Position numbers and translations under genes: made by a program
Shown: positions 19,725 to 27,990 of the stretch, piece by piece
Layout: each line of letters starts with the position of its first letter
How positions within the stretch are numbered: the stretch's first letter is position 1
The notes under the pieces: model-generated
What the model was told of the DNA's origin: nothing
What the model saw: the letters and a program-made list of their open reading frames with translations, nothing else
The model's database searches: none
Virus record (IMG/VR): IMGVR_UViG_3300022902_000008
Length of the DNA stretch: 64,000 bases
Reading direction: 5' to 3' (one strand)
From: a virus

Positions 19725-20175
19725 GAAAATTATTAACAAAATTATTAAAGAAATCAAAGAGGATAACAAACAAAAGTATGAAAGTTTCTTAAGTGAACTT
19801 AAAAATGTTGGTTTCGATGTCAAAAATACTTATTATGCAAAGTTAGCAAGTAGCAAAAATGTTATATTTTTTGATTTTGATAGCAGCTTGTTTATGGAGT
19901 GGAATGGAAAAGAGTACGAAAATCTTTCACCTAAAAAAATAACATATAAAGAACTTAAACTAGGAATGATGGGGATGAAGTTAAGAAGTTGGGAGAATAT
20001 ATATTTCACAGAGTTAGAAAGGGGAACAAATCTAATTTTCAACCTTAATAGTTATGACGAAGTTGTAGAAGATGTTGGTGGTAGTGGTGACAGGTTAAAA
20101 TTTTTAGACTTATTGAAGGTCACAAGCAATTATGGTTTTGAAGACTTCGGGACAGGAGAACATTTTAAAGGTTAA
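19711..20175 (+). CDS. Hypothetical protein, possible virion internal protein
   Basis: N-terminus MKLNKKIINKIIKEIKE. Confidence 0.6.
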   Translation: MKLNKKIINKIIKEIKEDNKQKYESFLSELKNVGFDVKNTYYAKLASSKNVIFFDFDSSLFMEWNGKEYENLSPKKITYKELKLGMMGMKLRSWENIYFTELERGTNLIFNLNSYDEVVEDVGGSGDRLKFLDLLKVTSNYGFEDFGTGEHFKG

Positions 20176-20177
20176 TA

Positions 20178-20921
20178 ATGGAAGAACCACAACAAAAAAA
20201 GAGAAACATAGTAAGAAAGGATAGGGTTTGCCCTATTTGCAAGCGTGTGTTTAAAAATGCTCCCCCTCAAGCTTTACAAATGCATATTTTCAGAGCACAT
20301 AAAAAAGAAGGGCAATATGATACATGGTCAGAGAAAACTAAAAAAAGGTGGGAAGACAAAAAGGAAAGAAAGAAGACTGGCAGAAAGCCAGGAAGAAAAA
20401 AGAATCCTGAAAATTATATCAACTTTAATTGTGCTGAATGTGGGAAAGAGGAAGAGATACGAATAAGGATATATGAAAAGAGAAAGAAGAAAAATAAAGG
20501 TGGGTTAATGTTTTGTAGTATTCAATGCTCTTTAAAGTATTATAGAAGAGATGACATAACAAGAAGTCTGCTACAAGAAAGTTTAATGAGGGCTGAGCTT
20601 GCTTGTGAAAATTGTGGGTTTGATGACATTATTATGATGTATTATATTGTATACCCAGGTCAAAAAGGATTTAAGTTTAATGTAAATAATACAATTGTTT
20701 TGTGTCCTAATTGTAGGGTGTTGTGGAGAATGGGTAAGGCAAAAATAGACTCAGAAACAAGAGAGTACAAAAGAACTGACATTGCTACTGAAGAAGAAGA
20801 ATTATATGACATTGATACAGATAAAATATTTGATAGTATCGGTGATATTGATACAATTATGGAAGAACATAAAGAAAAAAAGCAAAATAAGGAACAATTG
20901 ACATGGGAACAAGTAGATTAG
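20178..20921 (+). CDS. Zn-finger protein with degenerate HNH-like C-terminus
   Basis: C2H2 (CPIC..HIFRAH), CAECG, FCSIQC, CENCG...NTIVLCPNC; expected catalytic His not seen. Confidence 0.6.
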   Translation: MEEPQQKKRNIVRKDRVCPICKRVFKNAPPQALQMHIFRAHKKEGQYDTWSEKTKKRWEDKKERKKTGRKPGRKKNPENYINFNCAECGKEEEIRIRIYEKRKKKNKGGLMFCSIQCSLKYYRRDDITRSLLQESLMRAELACENCGFDDIIMMYYIVYPGQKGFKFNVNNTIVLCPNCRVLWRMGKAKIDSETREYKRTDIATEEEELYDIDTDKIFDSIGDIDTIMEEHKEKKQNKEQLTWEQVD

Positions 20922-21397
20922 TTAAAGAATGGCAAGGAAGTCTTCAAGAGCAAAATGGAAATGTTAATTTTACAAACTGGGTAAGGCCTGATCATGATGC
21001 AATTAGGTTAGAATATGATGTTGAGTATAAAAACCATATTGTATATTCTTTTGGAGATATTTTTCCAACTTTGGAGGACTTTGAAAGGGCTGTAAAGGAT
21101 GGTGAAATAGTTAGCTTAACTAAAAGCTTAGACTCAATGGTTGATAACAGAAGTAGAACGAAAAATATGAAGCAATTAACTAGCTTGTTAAAATCATATA
21201 GATCATGGCCAGAGTTTAGAAACGAAAAAACTACCCAAGCAATTGTTGACGGTTTTAAAAACAATGAACCAATGAAAATGCCATTTATCTTGGAATACGC
21301 ACCTGATGATTGGTGGATAATGTCTGGTAACACAAGGCTAGACATTGCATATATGATGGGAATTATCCCAAAAGTTATTATTATAAAAGGATATTAA
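20903..21397 (+). CDS. ParB/Srx-like protein
   Basis: MPFIL...IMSGNTRLDIAYMMGI. Confidence 0.55.
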   Translation: MGTSRLVKEWQGSLQEQNGNVNFTNWVRPDHDAIRLEYDVEYKNHIVYSFGDIFPTLEDFERAVKDGEIVSLTKSLDSMVDNRSRTKNMKQLTSLLKSYRSWPEFRNEKTTQAIVDGFKNNEPMKMPFILEYAPDDWWIMSGNTRLDIAYMMGIIPKVIIIKGY

Positions 21398-21399
21398 AC

Positions 21400-21630
21400 A
21401 TGAGAAGAAAAAAAAGAGTACAGTTTAATGTGGCAGAAAAAATTTGGGTATGTATTGAGAACATCATAGAAAGGTATGAGGGGGTGGGCAAAATAGTCGG
21501 GTCAGAATATAAAAAATATGGTTATTATTATGTTAAAATTCCGAAACCAATAAATCAAACATATGATCATTTAGTTTATTGGGATAAAATAAAGAAAATA
21601 AAAAATGGAGAACCGATTGAGCATGAATAA
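21400..21630 (+). CDS. SH3/KOW-like family member
   Basis: FNVAEKIWV...YEGVGKI...YYVKI...VYWDKI. Confidence 0.7.
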   Translation: MRRKKRVQFNVAEKIWVCIENIIERYEGVGKIVGSEYKKYGYYYVKIPKPINQTYDHLVYWDKIKKIKNGEPIEHE

Positions 21631-21961
21631 CACTAAAAAACAAATAGAAAAATATATATTAGAACACATTAATGATGTAGAGAAACAAAAGATTATAAAT
21701 GAATTCATGGGGAGATTGCAAAATAAAATGATGTCAATAAAAACAGCAGAAACTCCAATGTCCGTTGCACAAGATATTGATAAAACTGTTGATGTAAATG
21801 TAATCAAACAAAAATATGGTGACAAATTTGTTAAAAAGATTATTGATCTTTATCTTTCTAGGGCAGAAGTCGAAGAGAGTGAAAAGAAAAAATGGGAAGA
21901 GGAAGTTAGACGACAGTTAGCTAACAGAAAGAAGCTTTGGGGAGAAAGTGAGGGGGTTTAA
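21623..21961 (+). CDS. Hypothetical helical protein
   Basis: ORF overlapping the upstream stop codon. Confidence 0.6.
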   Translation: MNNTKKQIEKYILEHINDVEKQKIINEFMGRLQNKMMSIKTAETPMSVAQDIDKTVDVNVIKQKYGDKFVKKIIDLYLSRAEVEESEKKKWEEEVRRQLANRKKLWGESEGV

Positions 21962-22291
21962 TTGAAGTCAGGCAGCAAGCTTGGAGAATTAAATCTTTAT
22001 TTTCTTAATTTAGATCAAAAAACATTAGCAGATATGATTTGGAAAGTTAACATCCACCAAGCTCTTTACAAGGGAATAACAATTCCAGATCAAACTTATT
22101 ATGGCCCAGTCATTCTAGATAGAAGAAAAATTGGTTGGGATATATTATTATTTCCAAAAAAAATTAAAATGATTAAAACAAGTGAGTACTACATTGGCGT
22201 AGTAAGATCATCAGCTAACTTTAAAAGCGATAGCCTAGATCTTAATTATGCTATTCATTCAGAAGTGGTTAACAAACTAATAGAAATATGA
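21962..22291 (+). CDS. SH3/KOW-like family member
   Basis: YYGPVIL...LLFPKKI; C-terminus SEVVNK is read from promoter copy 4. Confidence 0.6.
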   Translation: MKSGSKLGELNLYFLNLDQKTLADMIWKVNIHQALYKGITIPDQTYYGPVILDRRKIGWDILLFPKKIKMIKTSEYYIGVVRSSANFKSDSLDLNYAIHSEVVNKLIEI

Positions 22292-22297
22292 TATAAT
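22267..22297 (+). promoter_or_regulatory. Early promoter copy 4, leaderless
   Basis: GGTTAACA-17-TGa TATAAT; ATG at 22305. Confidence 0.85.
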
Positions 22298-22304
22298 GTT
22301 TTTC

Positions 22305-22585
22305 ATGAAAAGAAAAAGCTATAAGGTTGGAGATACAATTTGGATTAAATCAGGATTACAAATGGAAAGTTTCATCGAACTGATGGTCCTGCTGCTGAAT
22401 ATCATGATGGATTAAAATATTGGTATCTAAATGATCAGTTTTATGATCACATCAAAGGAAAGTTGCACAACAACAACTTCCTGATATCAGACAAATATAC
22501 AGGACCAGTAATAATAACGGGAGGAAAAAATAAAACAAAGTTCATGAGAACAATGAACAACAAACACTTGGTAATTGAACCATAA
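22305..22585 (+). pseudogene. Out-of-frame chimera of an SH3-family 5' end and an HRxDGPA-repeat gene 3' end
   Basis: 22305 MKRKSYKVGDTIWIK; from 22361 in another frame NGKFHRTDGPAAEY...KGKLHNNNFLISDKYTGPVII...VIEP-stop. Confidence 0.75.
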
Positions 22586-22650
22586 AAGCAAATTTATACA
22601 ACAAACAATATCAGATAAAATTTATATAACTAACAAAATAAATAATATCA

Positions 22651-22715
22651 ATTTTTATTGCACACATAAGGCCCCAAACTGATACCTAAAAAACCAAACT
22701 TGACCTGTAATCAAC
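22651..22715 (-). repeat. Dispersed intergenic repeat, inverted copy
   Basis: Reverse complement aligns without gaps to 35583-35647 at about 50/65. Confidence 0.7.
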
Positions 22716-22834
22716 TTGAATGTAAAGCCTATATACAACCATTGATTAATACTAGAATGATTTATAAGGGAAGTGAGAAACATTTCTGTTAAAATAAGGA
22801 CGAAAGTTATATAAGAAAATTGTCTGACTTAAAT

Positions 22835-22865
22835 GGTTAACAAAGTGAATGGTTTGTGGTATTGT
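22835..22865 (+). promoter_or_regulatory. Early promoter copy 5
   Basis: GGTTAACA-17-TGg TATTGT, then AAAGGGAGG RBS. Confidence 0.8.
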
Positions 22866-22883
22866 ATTTAAAAGGGAGGGTTC

Positions 22884-23237
22884 ATGAACAACAAGCCAAC
22901 AATGAAAGAATATTCTGATGGGACAAAAGAATGGTGGTTGAATGGAGCGTTGCACAGAGAGGATGGTCCGGCTGGAGAATATCCTAGTGGATCAAAACGT
23001 TGGTATTTAAATGGGCTTCTATATCGAGAAGATGGCCCTGCTGTTGAATGGGCTAATGGAGAGAAATTTTGGTGGTTAAATAGTCAAGATTATGAATATA
23101 CCAAAGGAAAGCTGCACAACAATAACTTCTTAACATCAGATCAATATACAGGGCCAATAATAATAATGGGGGGAAAGAATAAAATAAGGTTCATGAAGGC
23201 AACAAACAATAAACATTATGTTATTAAAGGCTATTAA
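22884..23237 (+). CDS. HRxDGPA repeat protein (2 repeats) with conserved tail
   Basis: MNNKP..WWLNG.LHREDGPA; tail KGKLHNNNFL.SDQYTGPIIIMGGKNK. Confidence 0.85.
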   Translation: MNNKPTMKEYSDGTKEWWLNGALHREDGPAGEYPSGSKRWYLNGLLYREDGPAVEWANGEKFWWLNSQDYEYTKGKLHNNNFLTSDQYTGPIIIMGGKNKIRFMKATNNKHYVIKGY

Positions 23238-23240
23238 ATA

Positions 23241-23468
23241 ATGAACATCCAATATAAAGATATAAAAATCAATGATGTGGTCTGGTTTAAAACAATAAAT
23301 AATGAATATGGTTCTGGAATTGGAATTGTCATAGATAAACGGTGTGAAGAGGTAAATAAAATATATGTTAAAATTCCAACCATCCACTTAAATGAAGAAG
23401 GCTATAAACTTCATTATATATTTCCCTTTGAGATTAAAAAGATAATTAAAAAAGGTAAAACTAAATAA
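23241..23468 (+). CDS. SH3/KOW-like family member
   Basis: IKINDVVWFK...GIGIV...IYVKI...IFPFEI. Confidence 0.65.
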   Translation: MNIQYKDIKINDVVWFKTINNEYGSGIGIVIDKRCEEVNKIYVKIPTIHLNEEGYKLHYIFPFEIKKIIKKGKTK

Positions 23469-23736
23469 ATTCAAGAAGTTTATGCATTTTAAAATAATTA
23501 AAATGATGAATGGATATTGTAATTGACTTGTTATATCTTGGCACAAGCCTGCCAATATTAACAGGATATAGATAATTTAAAACCTTGTGTGGAAAATAAA
23601 TAATAACAAGATCAGTATTGTTGCCACAAGAACAAACAATTGCAGGTCCAATATATAAACAATCAACACAGGCGTTGTTCGAATGATATATGTTAAGCAA
23701 ATGCCTGTTAATCCATATGTTGTGTTTGTTGGTCAA
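23461..23736 (-). CDS. SH3/KOW-like family member (IWIHK array 4)
   Basis: NIWINRH...YIGPAIV...IYFP. Confidence 0.7.
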   Translation of the reverse strand: MTNKHNIWINRHLLNIYHSNNACVDCLYIGPAIVCSCGNNTDLVIIYFPHKVLNYLYPVNIGRLVPRYNKSITISIHHFNYFKMHKLLEFI

Positions 23737-23990
23737 TCCAAAACCTCAATACATCCTTCAGATATTAAATAATCTAACTCAAGACCATTATAATAACCAA
23801 GTATGTCAGAAGATTGAACACGATTGTTAACTTTAATGTTAATCTTATAAGGAAAAGAAATGTAATAATCTGTTGAGCCAAACCTTGTTGTTGGCTTTAT
23901 AATACAAGGACCAATATAATTATAATAGAAGTTTGGAGGACTCGAACCCTCGATATGTTTATGAATCCATATTTTCCTTAATTTGTTCAT
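23733..23990 (-). CDS. SH3/KOW-like family member (IWIHK array 3)
   Basis: MNKLRKIWIHKHI...YIGPCII...ISFP. Confidence 0.75.
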   Translation of the reverse strand: MNKLRKIWIHKHIEGSSPPNFYYNYIGPCIIKPTTRFGSTDYYISFPYKINIKVNNRVQSSDILGYYNGLELDYLISEGCIEVLD

Positions 23991-24020
23991 GATTTATATA
24001 TCCTTTCTAATTGTAAACCC

Positions 24021-24059
24021 TTATTCATATGAGATAAAAAATAATAATCAAACATAACT
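24021..24059. repeat. 39-bp identical inter-gene repeat, copy 1
   Basis: TTATTCATATGAGATAAAAAATAATAATCAAACATAACT, also at 24315-24353. Confidence 0.9.
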
Positions 24060-24305
24060 GATTGCACCTTTAGATACCAAATTAATAAATAATTCATTGT
24101 TAATAACAGCAACATTATCCTTACAAAGAATACCAATTGCAGGAGGATAATTAATAACGTTTATCTTTTTAGGAAATAAAATATTATGATAATCAAAATT
24201 ATATTTCCTTATCCTTAATATTGCTGGGCCAATATAATCATAATAATAGTTTAGATTTGTACTTATGATATGTTTATGAATCCATATGTTTTTTAGTTTG
24301 TTCAT
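24048..24305 (-). CDS. SH3/KOW-like family member (IWIHK array 2)
   Basis: MNKLKNIWIHKHI...YIGPAIL...ISYV. Confidence 0.75.
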   Translation of the reverse strand: MNKLKNIWIHKHIISTNLNYYYDYIGPAILRIRKYNFDYHNILFPKKINVINYPPAIGILCKDNVAVINNELFINLVSKGAISYV

Positions 24306-24314
24306 GTGATCCTT

Positions 24315-24353
24315 TTATTCATATGAGATAAAAAATAATAATCAAACATAACT
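24315..24353. repeat. 39-bp identical inter-gene repeat, copy 2
   Basis: Identical to 24021-24059. Confidence 0.9.
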
Positions 24354-24605
24354 AATATAACCTTCAGATAACAATCTTTCTAATTGTACATGTTCAAATG
24401 GTTGACCAAATTTAATATTATATTTATAATATATGCTTTTACTATTGTTGAATTTTGTTAATGTTACCTTTCTAGGAAATATAATATTATAATAACCAGA
24501 ATCAAATCGGCTTGTTGTCAATAAAGCAAAACCAATGTATTTATAATGATAATCTACATGATATGCAGTAGGCATTGTAATATTCTTATGAATCCATATA
24601 ACCAT
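24342..24605 (-). CDS. SH3/KOW-like family member (IWIHK array 1)
   Basis: VIWIHK...YIGFALL...ISYV. Confidence 0.75.
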   Translation of the reverse strand: MVIWIHKNITMPTAYHVDYHYKYIGFALLTTSRFDSGYYNIIFPRKVTLTKFNNSKSIYYKYNIKFGQPFEHVQLERLLSEGYISYV

Positions 24606-24948
24606 TTTTTTTATATCCTTTTTAATTGTGTATTATTGTTAATAACTTGTGAGTTATATAATTAATTGTTATGTAAAATAATAATTGTCAGTTTAATAGG
24701 CTTGATTGATGATTGCTTAAAGGGGGGTATAAATTTGACAACAATAACCAACAAATTCTCCACAAGTTTTCCACAATCAAATAACAATAAACTTACAATA
24801 AACAACAAATACAATAATAACAATAAAACCAACAATCAGCAATATTTTTAACAAACCTTTTATCAACCGTATATATTGGCACGGTTATTGATTAGGTTTA
24901 TTTTATCAAGCATATGTCAAAGAGCTTATTTATTCTTTTGACTTCTAA
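24606..24948. other. Candidate DnaA-box replication origin
   Basis: Tandem TTCTCCACA/TTTTCCACA (24756-24775), an opposed degenerate pair at about 24637-24656, A/C-rich tract, apparent strand-bias switch. Confidence 0.5.
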
Positions 24949-25272
24949 CTACATTATAGCACAAGATGGTGTATTTGTTAACCTATTTGGGGGATTTATT
25001 TTATATAAAATGCTTTTTTTGCAAACTGAGAAGGCTTCGTATTTACTTATGAGAGCAAGGGAATTTATGGTATATGCAGTGCATGAGAAGTTTTTTAAGC
25101 TAAAAAATGTTCTTAAGCTAGGGTTTTCTGTTATTATTGCCAACCCCATATAGATTAATTTATTTTTTTTGATCTCATGATTATTTTCATGTTCAAAGTA
25201 AGCTATGACATGTTCATATACTTTAACCCAAACTATGTCACCTTTTTTATATTTTGGTTTGCTGTTATTCAT
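24949..25272 (-). CDS. SH3/KOW-like family member
   Basis: MNNSKPKYKKGDIVWVK...YMGLAII. Confidence 0.75.
   Translation of the reverse strand: MNNSKPKYKKGDIVWVKVYEHVIAYFEHENNHEIKKNKLIYMGLAIITENPSLRTFFSLKNFSCTAYTINSLALISKYEAFSVCKKSILYKINPPNRLTNTPSCAIM
24953..24983 (-). promoter_or_regulatory. Early promoter copy 6
   Basis: Minus strand GGTTAACA-17-TGc TATAAT. Confidence 0.85.
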
Positions 25273-25622
25273 TGTTCCTTAATTACCAAGTATGTATTGT
25301 TTGTTGTTTTCATGAATCTTATTTTATTTTTCCCCCCCATTATTATTATTGGCCCTGTATATTGATCTGATATCAGGAAGTTATTATTGTGCAGTTTTCC
25401 TTTGATGTGACTATAATGTTGATCATTGAGAAACCATTCTTTATATCCATCAAAACAATCATATGCAGGACCATTTTCACGATGACGTTCTCCACTTAGA
25501 TACCATATTTTTGTTCCGTTGGAATGTTCAATAGCAGGCCCATCAGTTCGATGACACTCTCCATTTAGATACCATCGTTTTGATCCATCAGGATATTCTT
25601 TCATTATTGGCTTGTTGCTCAT
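25269..25622 (-). CDS. HRxDGPA repeat protein (2 repeats) with conserved tail
   Basis: Paralogue of 22884; GGGAGG RBS. Confidence 0.85.
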   Translation of the reverse strand: MSNKPIMKEYPDGSKRWYLNGECHRTDGPAIEHSNGTKIWYLSGERHRENGPAYDCFDGYKEWFLNDQHYSHIKGKLHNNNFLISDQYTGPIIIMGGKNKIRFMKTTNNTYLVIKEQ

Positions 25623-25646
25623 GATTCCTCCCTTTCAACTGACAAC

Positions 25647-25677
25647 AATATACCACAACAAGGTTGATTTGTTAACC
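25647..25677 (-). promoter_or_regulatory. Early promoter copy 7
   Basis: Minus strand GGTTAACA-17-TGg TATATT; 25601-25659 identical to 26947-27005. Confidence 0.85.
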
Positions 25678-25910
25678 AAATTAGGCATTTATTTTCTTTT
25701 TTATTGATGGTTTTTATATAAGCCAAAAAGCGTGCCAAAAAGTTATATAACTTGGGTTTTTTTTGTACTTTTTGCTCCTATTGATTTAAGGTATTGCAAG
25801 TGGAATTCTATATATTTTTGTTTCAATTTCCTATAGGGGGATAAGAAACATTTTAGTTAATTTTCTAATTGTGTTATACTGACATAAATGGGGTAGAAAT
25901 AATCATTGAT

Positions 25911-26111
25911 TTACGGGCTTATATGGTAAGCGGAAGAGAAGGTTGAGACAGGAAAGTGTACACAACTAGTTGTTGGTGTTAATCCTGGCCAAATTACTTT
26001 ATAATAAATTGGTTTAGATTTTTTATAAATATAGCCAATAACAATTATTGGTCCAACATAGTTTTTATGGGTAATCCACACAACATTATTTATTTTATAT
26101 TCTGGTTTCAT
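25911..26111 (-). CDS. SH3/KOW-like family member
   Basis: YKINNVVWI..YVGPIIV...YYKVIWPGL. Confidence 0.7.
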   Translation of the reverse strand: MKPEYKINNVVWITHKNYVGPIIVIGYIYKKSKPIYYKVIWPGLTPTTSCVHFPVSTFSSAYHISP

Positions 26112-26115
26112 ATAG

Positions 26116-26349
26116 TTATTTTATGTCACAAAACAAATAATGTTTATGCATAGGCAAGTGTACATATCTAATTGATGATTTTAATCCTGGCCAAGTTAGT
26201 TTATAGTATTGCAGTTCTATATCTTGATCATCAAAATATGGTTTGTGTGTGGTATAGCCAACAATAATAGCTAGTCCTTTATATGGTGGGTATTGATCAT
26301 AGTTAATCCATATTACATCTCCAGGTTTATATTCTAGTTTTGGTTTCAT
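26116..26349 (-). CDS. SH3/KOW-like family member
   Basis: YKPGDVIWIN...YKGLAII...YYKLTWPGL. Confidence 0.75.
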   Translation of the reverse strand: MKPKLEYKPGDVIWINYDQYPPYKGLAIIVGYTTHKPYFDDQDIELQYYKLTWPGLKSSIRYVHLPMHKHYLFCDIK

Positions 26350-26549
26350 GTAGTTACTTCTCCTTTTATATGGTGGTTGCCTATGCACCAACAATCTGAA
26401 TCCATTGTTTTTATATCATAAGCGCCATATGGTAAAACATTTGTTATTATTGCAATACCATAATATTTATATCTAATTGGATTTATTGGTGATTGAACAT
26501 GTATCCATATGGCATCACCTATTTTATATTTTGGTTTGTTGTTATTCAT
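26346..26549 (-). CDS. SH3/KOW-like family member
   Basis: MNNNKPKYKIGDAIWIH...YYGIAII. Confidence 0.75.
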   Translation of the reverse strand: MNNNKPKYKIGDAIWIHVQSPINPIRYKYYGIAIITNVLPYGAYDIKTMDSDCWCIGNHHIKGEVTT

Positions 26550-26968
26550 TGTTCCTCAATTACCAAATATTTATTGTTTATTGTTCTCATGAACTTTATT
26601 TTATTTTTTCCTCCCATTATTATTACTGGACCTGTATACTGATCTGATACTAAGAAATTGTTGTTGTGCAGCTTCCCTTTGATATGATAATAAAGTATGT
26701 CATTTAGATACCATACAAATGTTCCATCAGAATATTCAACAGCAGGACCATCTTCTCTATGATGGTTCCCATTTAGATACCATGATTTTGTTCCATCAGG
26801 ATATTCAACAGCAGGACCATCAATTCGATGATGCTTTCCATTTAACCACCATTCTTTATGGCCATTAGAATCTTCAACAGCAGGGCCATCAGTTCGATGA
26901 AAATAGCCATTTAGGTGCCATGATTTTGTTCCATTAGGATGTTCTGTCATTATTGGCTTGTTGCTCAT
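26546..26968 (-). CDS. HRxDGPA repeat protein (3 repeats) with conserved tail
   Basis: Three 23-aa HRxDGPAVE repeats. Confidence 0.85.
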   Translation of the reverse strand: MSNKPIMTEHPNGTKSWHLNGYFHRTDGPAVEDSNGHKEWWLNGKHHRIDGPAVEYPDGTKSWYLNGNHHREDGPAVEYSDGTFVWYLNDILYYHIKGKLHNNNFLVSDQYTGPVIIMGGKNKIKFMRTINNKYLVIEEQ

Positions 26969-26992
26969 GATTCCTCCCTTTCAACTGACAAC

Positions 26993-27023
26993 AATATACC
27001 ACAACCAACTTCATTTGTTAACC
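26993..27023 (-). promoter_or_regulatory. Early promoter copy 8 (divergent from copy 9)
   Basis: Minus strand GGTTAACA-17-TGg TATATT. Confidence 0.85.
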
Positions 27024-27063
27024 TATTTCAAGAAATATTTTATTAAAAAAAGTTTATTTATGG

Positions 27064-27094
27064 GGTTAACAAACGGGATAGTTTGTGGTATAAG
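27064..27094 (+). promoter_or_regulatory. Early promoter copy 9
   Basis: GGTTAACA-17-TGg TATAAG. Confidence 0.85.
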
Positions 27095-27119
27095 GGTGTT
27101 GAAGGAGGGAGAAAATAAA

Positions 27120-27374
27120 ATGAGCCAACCAAAATATAAGTTAGGAGACATAGTTTGGGTTAAAACGGATAATACTAATTATCCTGAAGATCTTACTGAT
27201 CATAACAATAACAATAAGATATATTATCAATTAGCAAGGATACAAAATTGGTATTTAAGGGAAAAGGAAGTTTCAGATAAATCTTTTACTATATATACAG
27301 TTAAATATTGTTGCAATACTTTTTTGTTGAACAATGTTTCAGAGATGGAAATACTGAGGAAGGAGGACATTTAA
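27120..27374 (+). CDS. SH3/KOW-like family member
   Basis: MSQPKYKLGDIVWVK...YTVK...VSEMEI; start reset to 27120. Confidence 0.75.
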   Translation: MSQPKYKLGDIVWVKTDNTNYPEDLTDHNNNNKIYYQLARIQNWYLREKEVSDKSFTIYTVKYCCNTFLLNNVSEMEILRKEDI

Positions 27375-27638
27375 ATGCTAACACAGAAGATTTTTAATCC
27401 TGTTGATTATTATTTTGAATGGACTGATGATGGATGGTATGAGTGGGATCGAAGGGCGGCTCACACAATGGCTCTTAAGGATCGGAACAAGAAAGTAAGG
27501 GAGCTAAGAGGGAAAGGACACAAGGTTTCAGTCTTCAGTCTTTCAGGCCAGTTAATTACAAAGGGTGGAATTGGAACTGGGAAGCCTCAAGTAGAGTTTG
27601 TTGTTAATTGTTATGGTTACAATATGTGGGGAAAATAA
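27375..27638 (+). CDS. Hypothetical protein
   Basis: AGGAGG RBS; 87 aa. Confidence 0.7.
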   Translation: MLTQKIFNPVDYYFEWTDDGWYEWDRRAAHTMALKDRNKKVRELRGKGHKVSVFSLSGQLITKGGIGTGKPQVEFVVNCYGYNMWGK

Positions 27639-27639
27639 A

Positions 27640-27990
27640 ATGATTATTAATGGAAAAGAGTATCCAACAGTGTACCCAACTAAGGAAGATGTTGTTTATA
27701 ATTATAAGGTGGGTGACATTATTTATTTTAAGGTATTAAATGACAGTATTTATATTGAAGTGGTTAACCTTGTTAATGATAAGATATTATCTCCTGGCAG
27801 AAGAATTAGTAGAGAAGGAGATTTTTATGTTTTAGATTCTCCTCGTTGTCTCATAGGTATAATTGATTTTTGTGATTATGTTAATGAATGTGATTATTAT
27901 TATCCTGTTTACACTGTTGTTACGCTTAATGATAAGCAATCAATCAATGTTTCAGAATTAGAGATTGTAGAAAGGGTTGAGGCTTCATGA
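27640..27990 (+). CDS. SH3/KOW-like family member
   Basis: YKVGDIIYFK...IGII...YTVV...VSELEI. Confidence 0.7.
   Translation: MIINGKEYPTVYPTKEDVVYNYKVGDIIYFKVLNDSIYIEVVNLVNDKILSPGRRISREGDFYVLDSPRCLIGIIDFCDYVNECDYYYPVYTVVTLNDKQSINVSELEIVERVEAS

Noticed and set aside
20178-20921. Active HNH homing endonuclease
   Set aside because: The Cys scaffold is present but the expected catalytic His positions are not, so it is likely degenerate.
24666-24851. Asn-rich 61-aa ORF
   Set aside because: It is a translation of the A/C-rich tract in the origin candidate and has no RBS.
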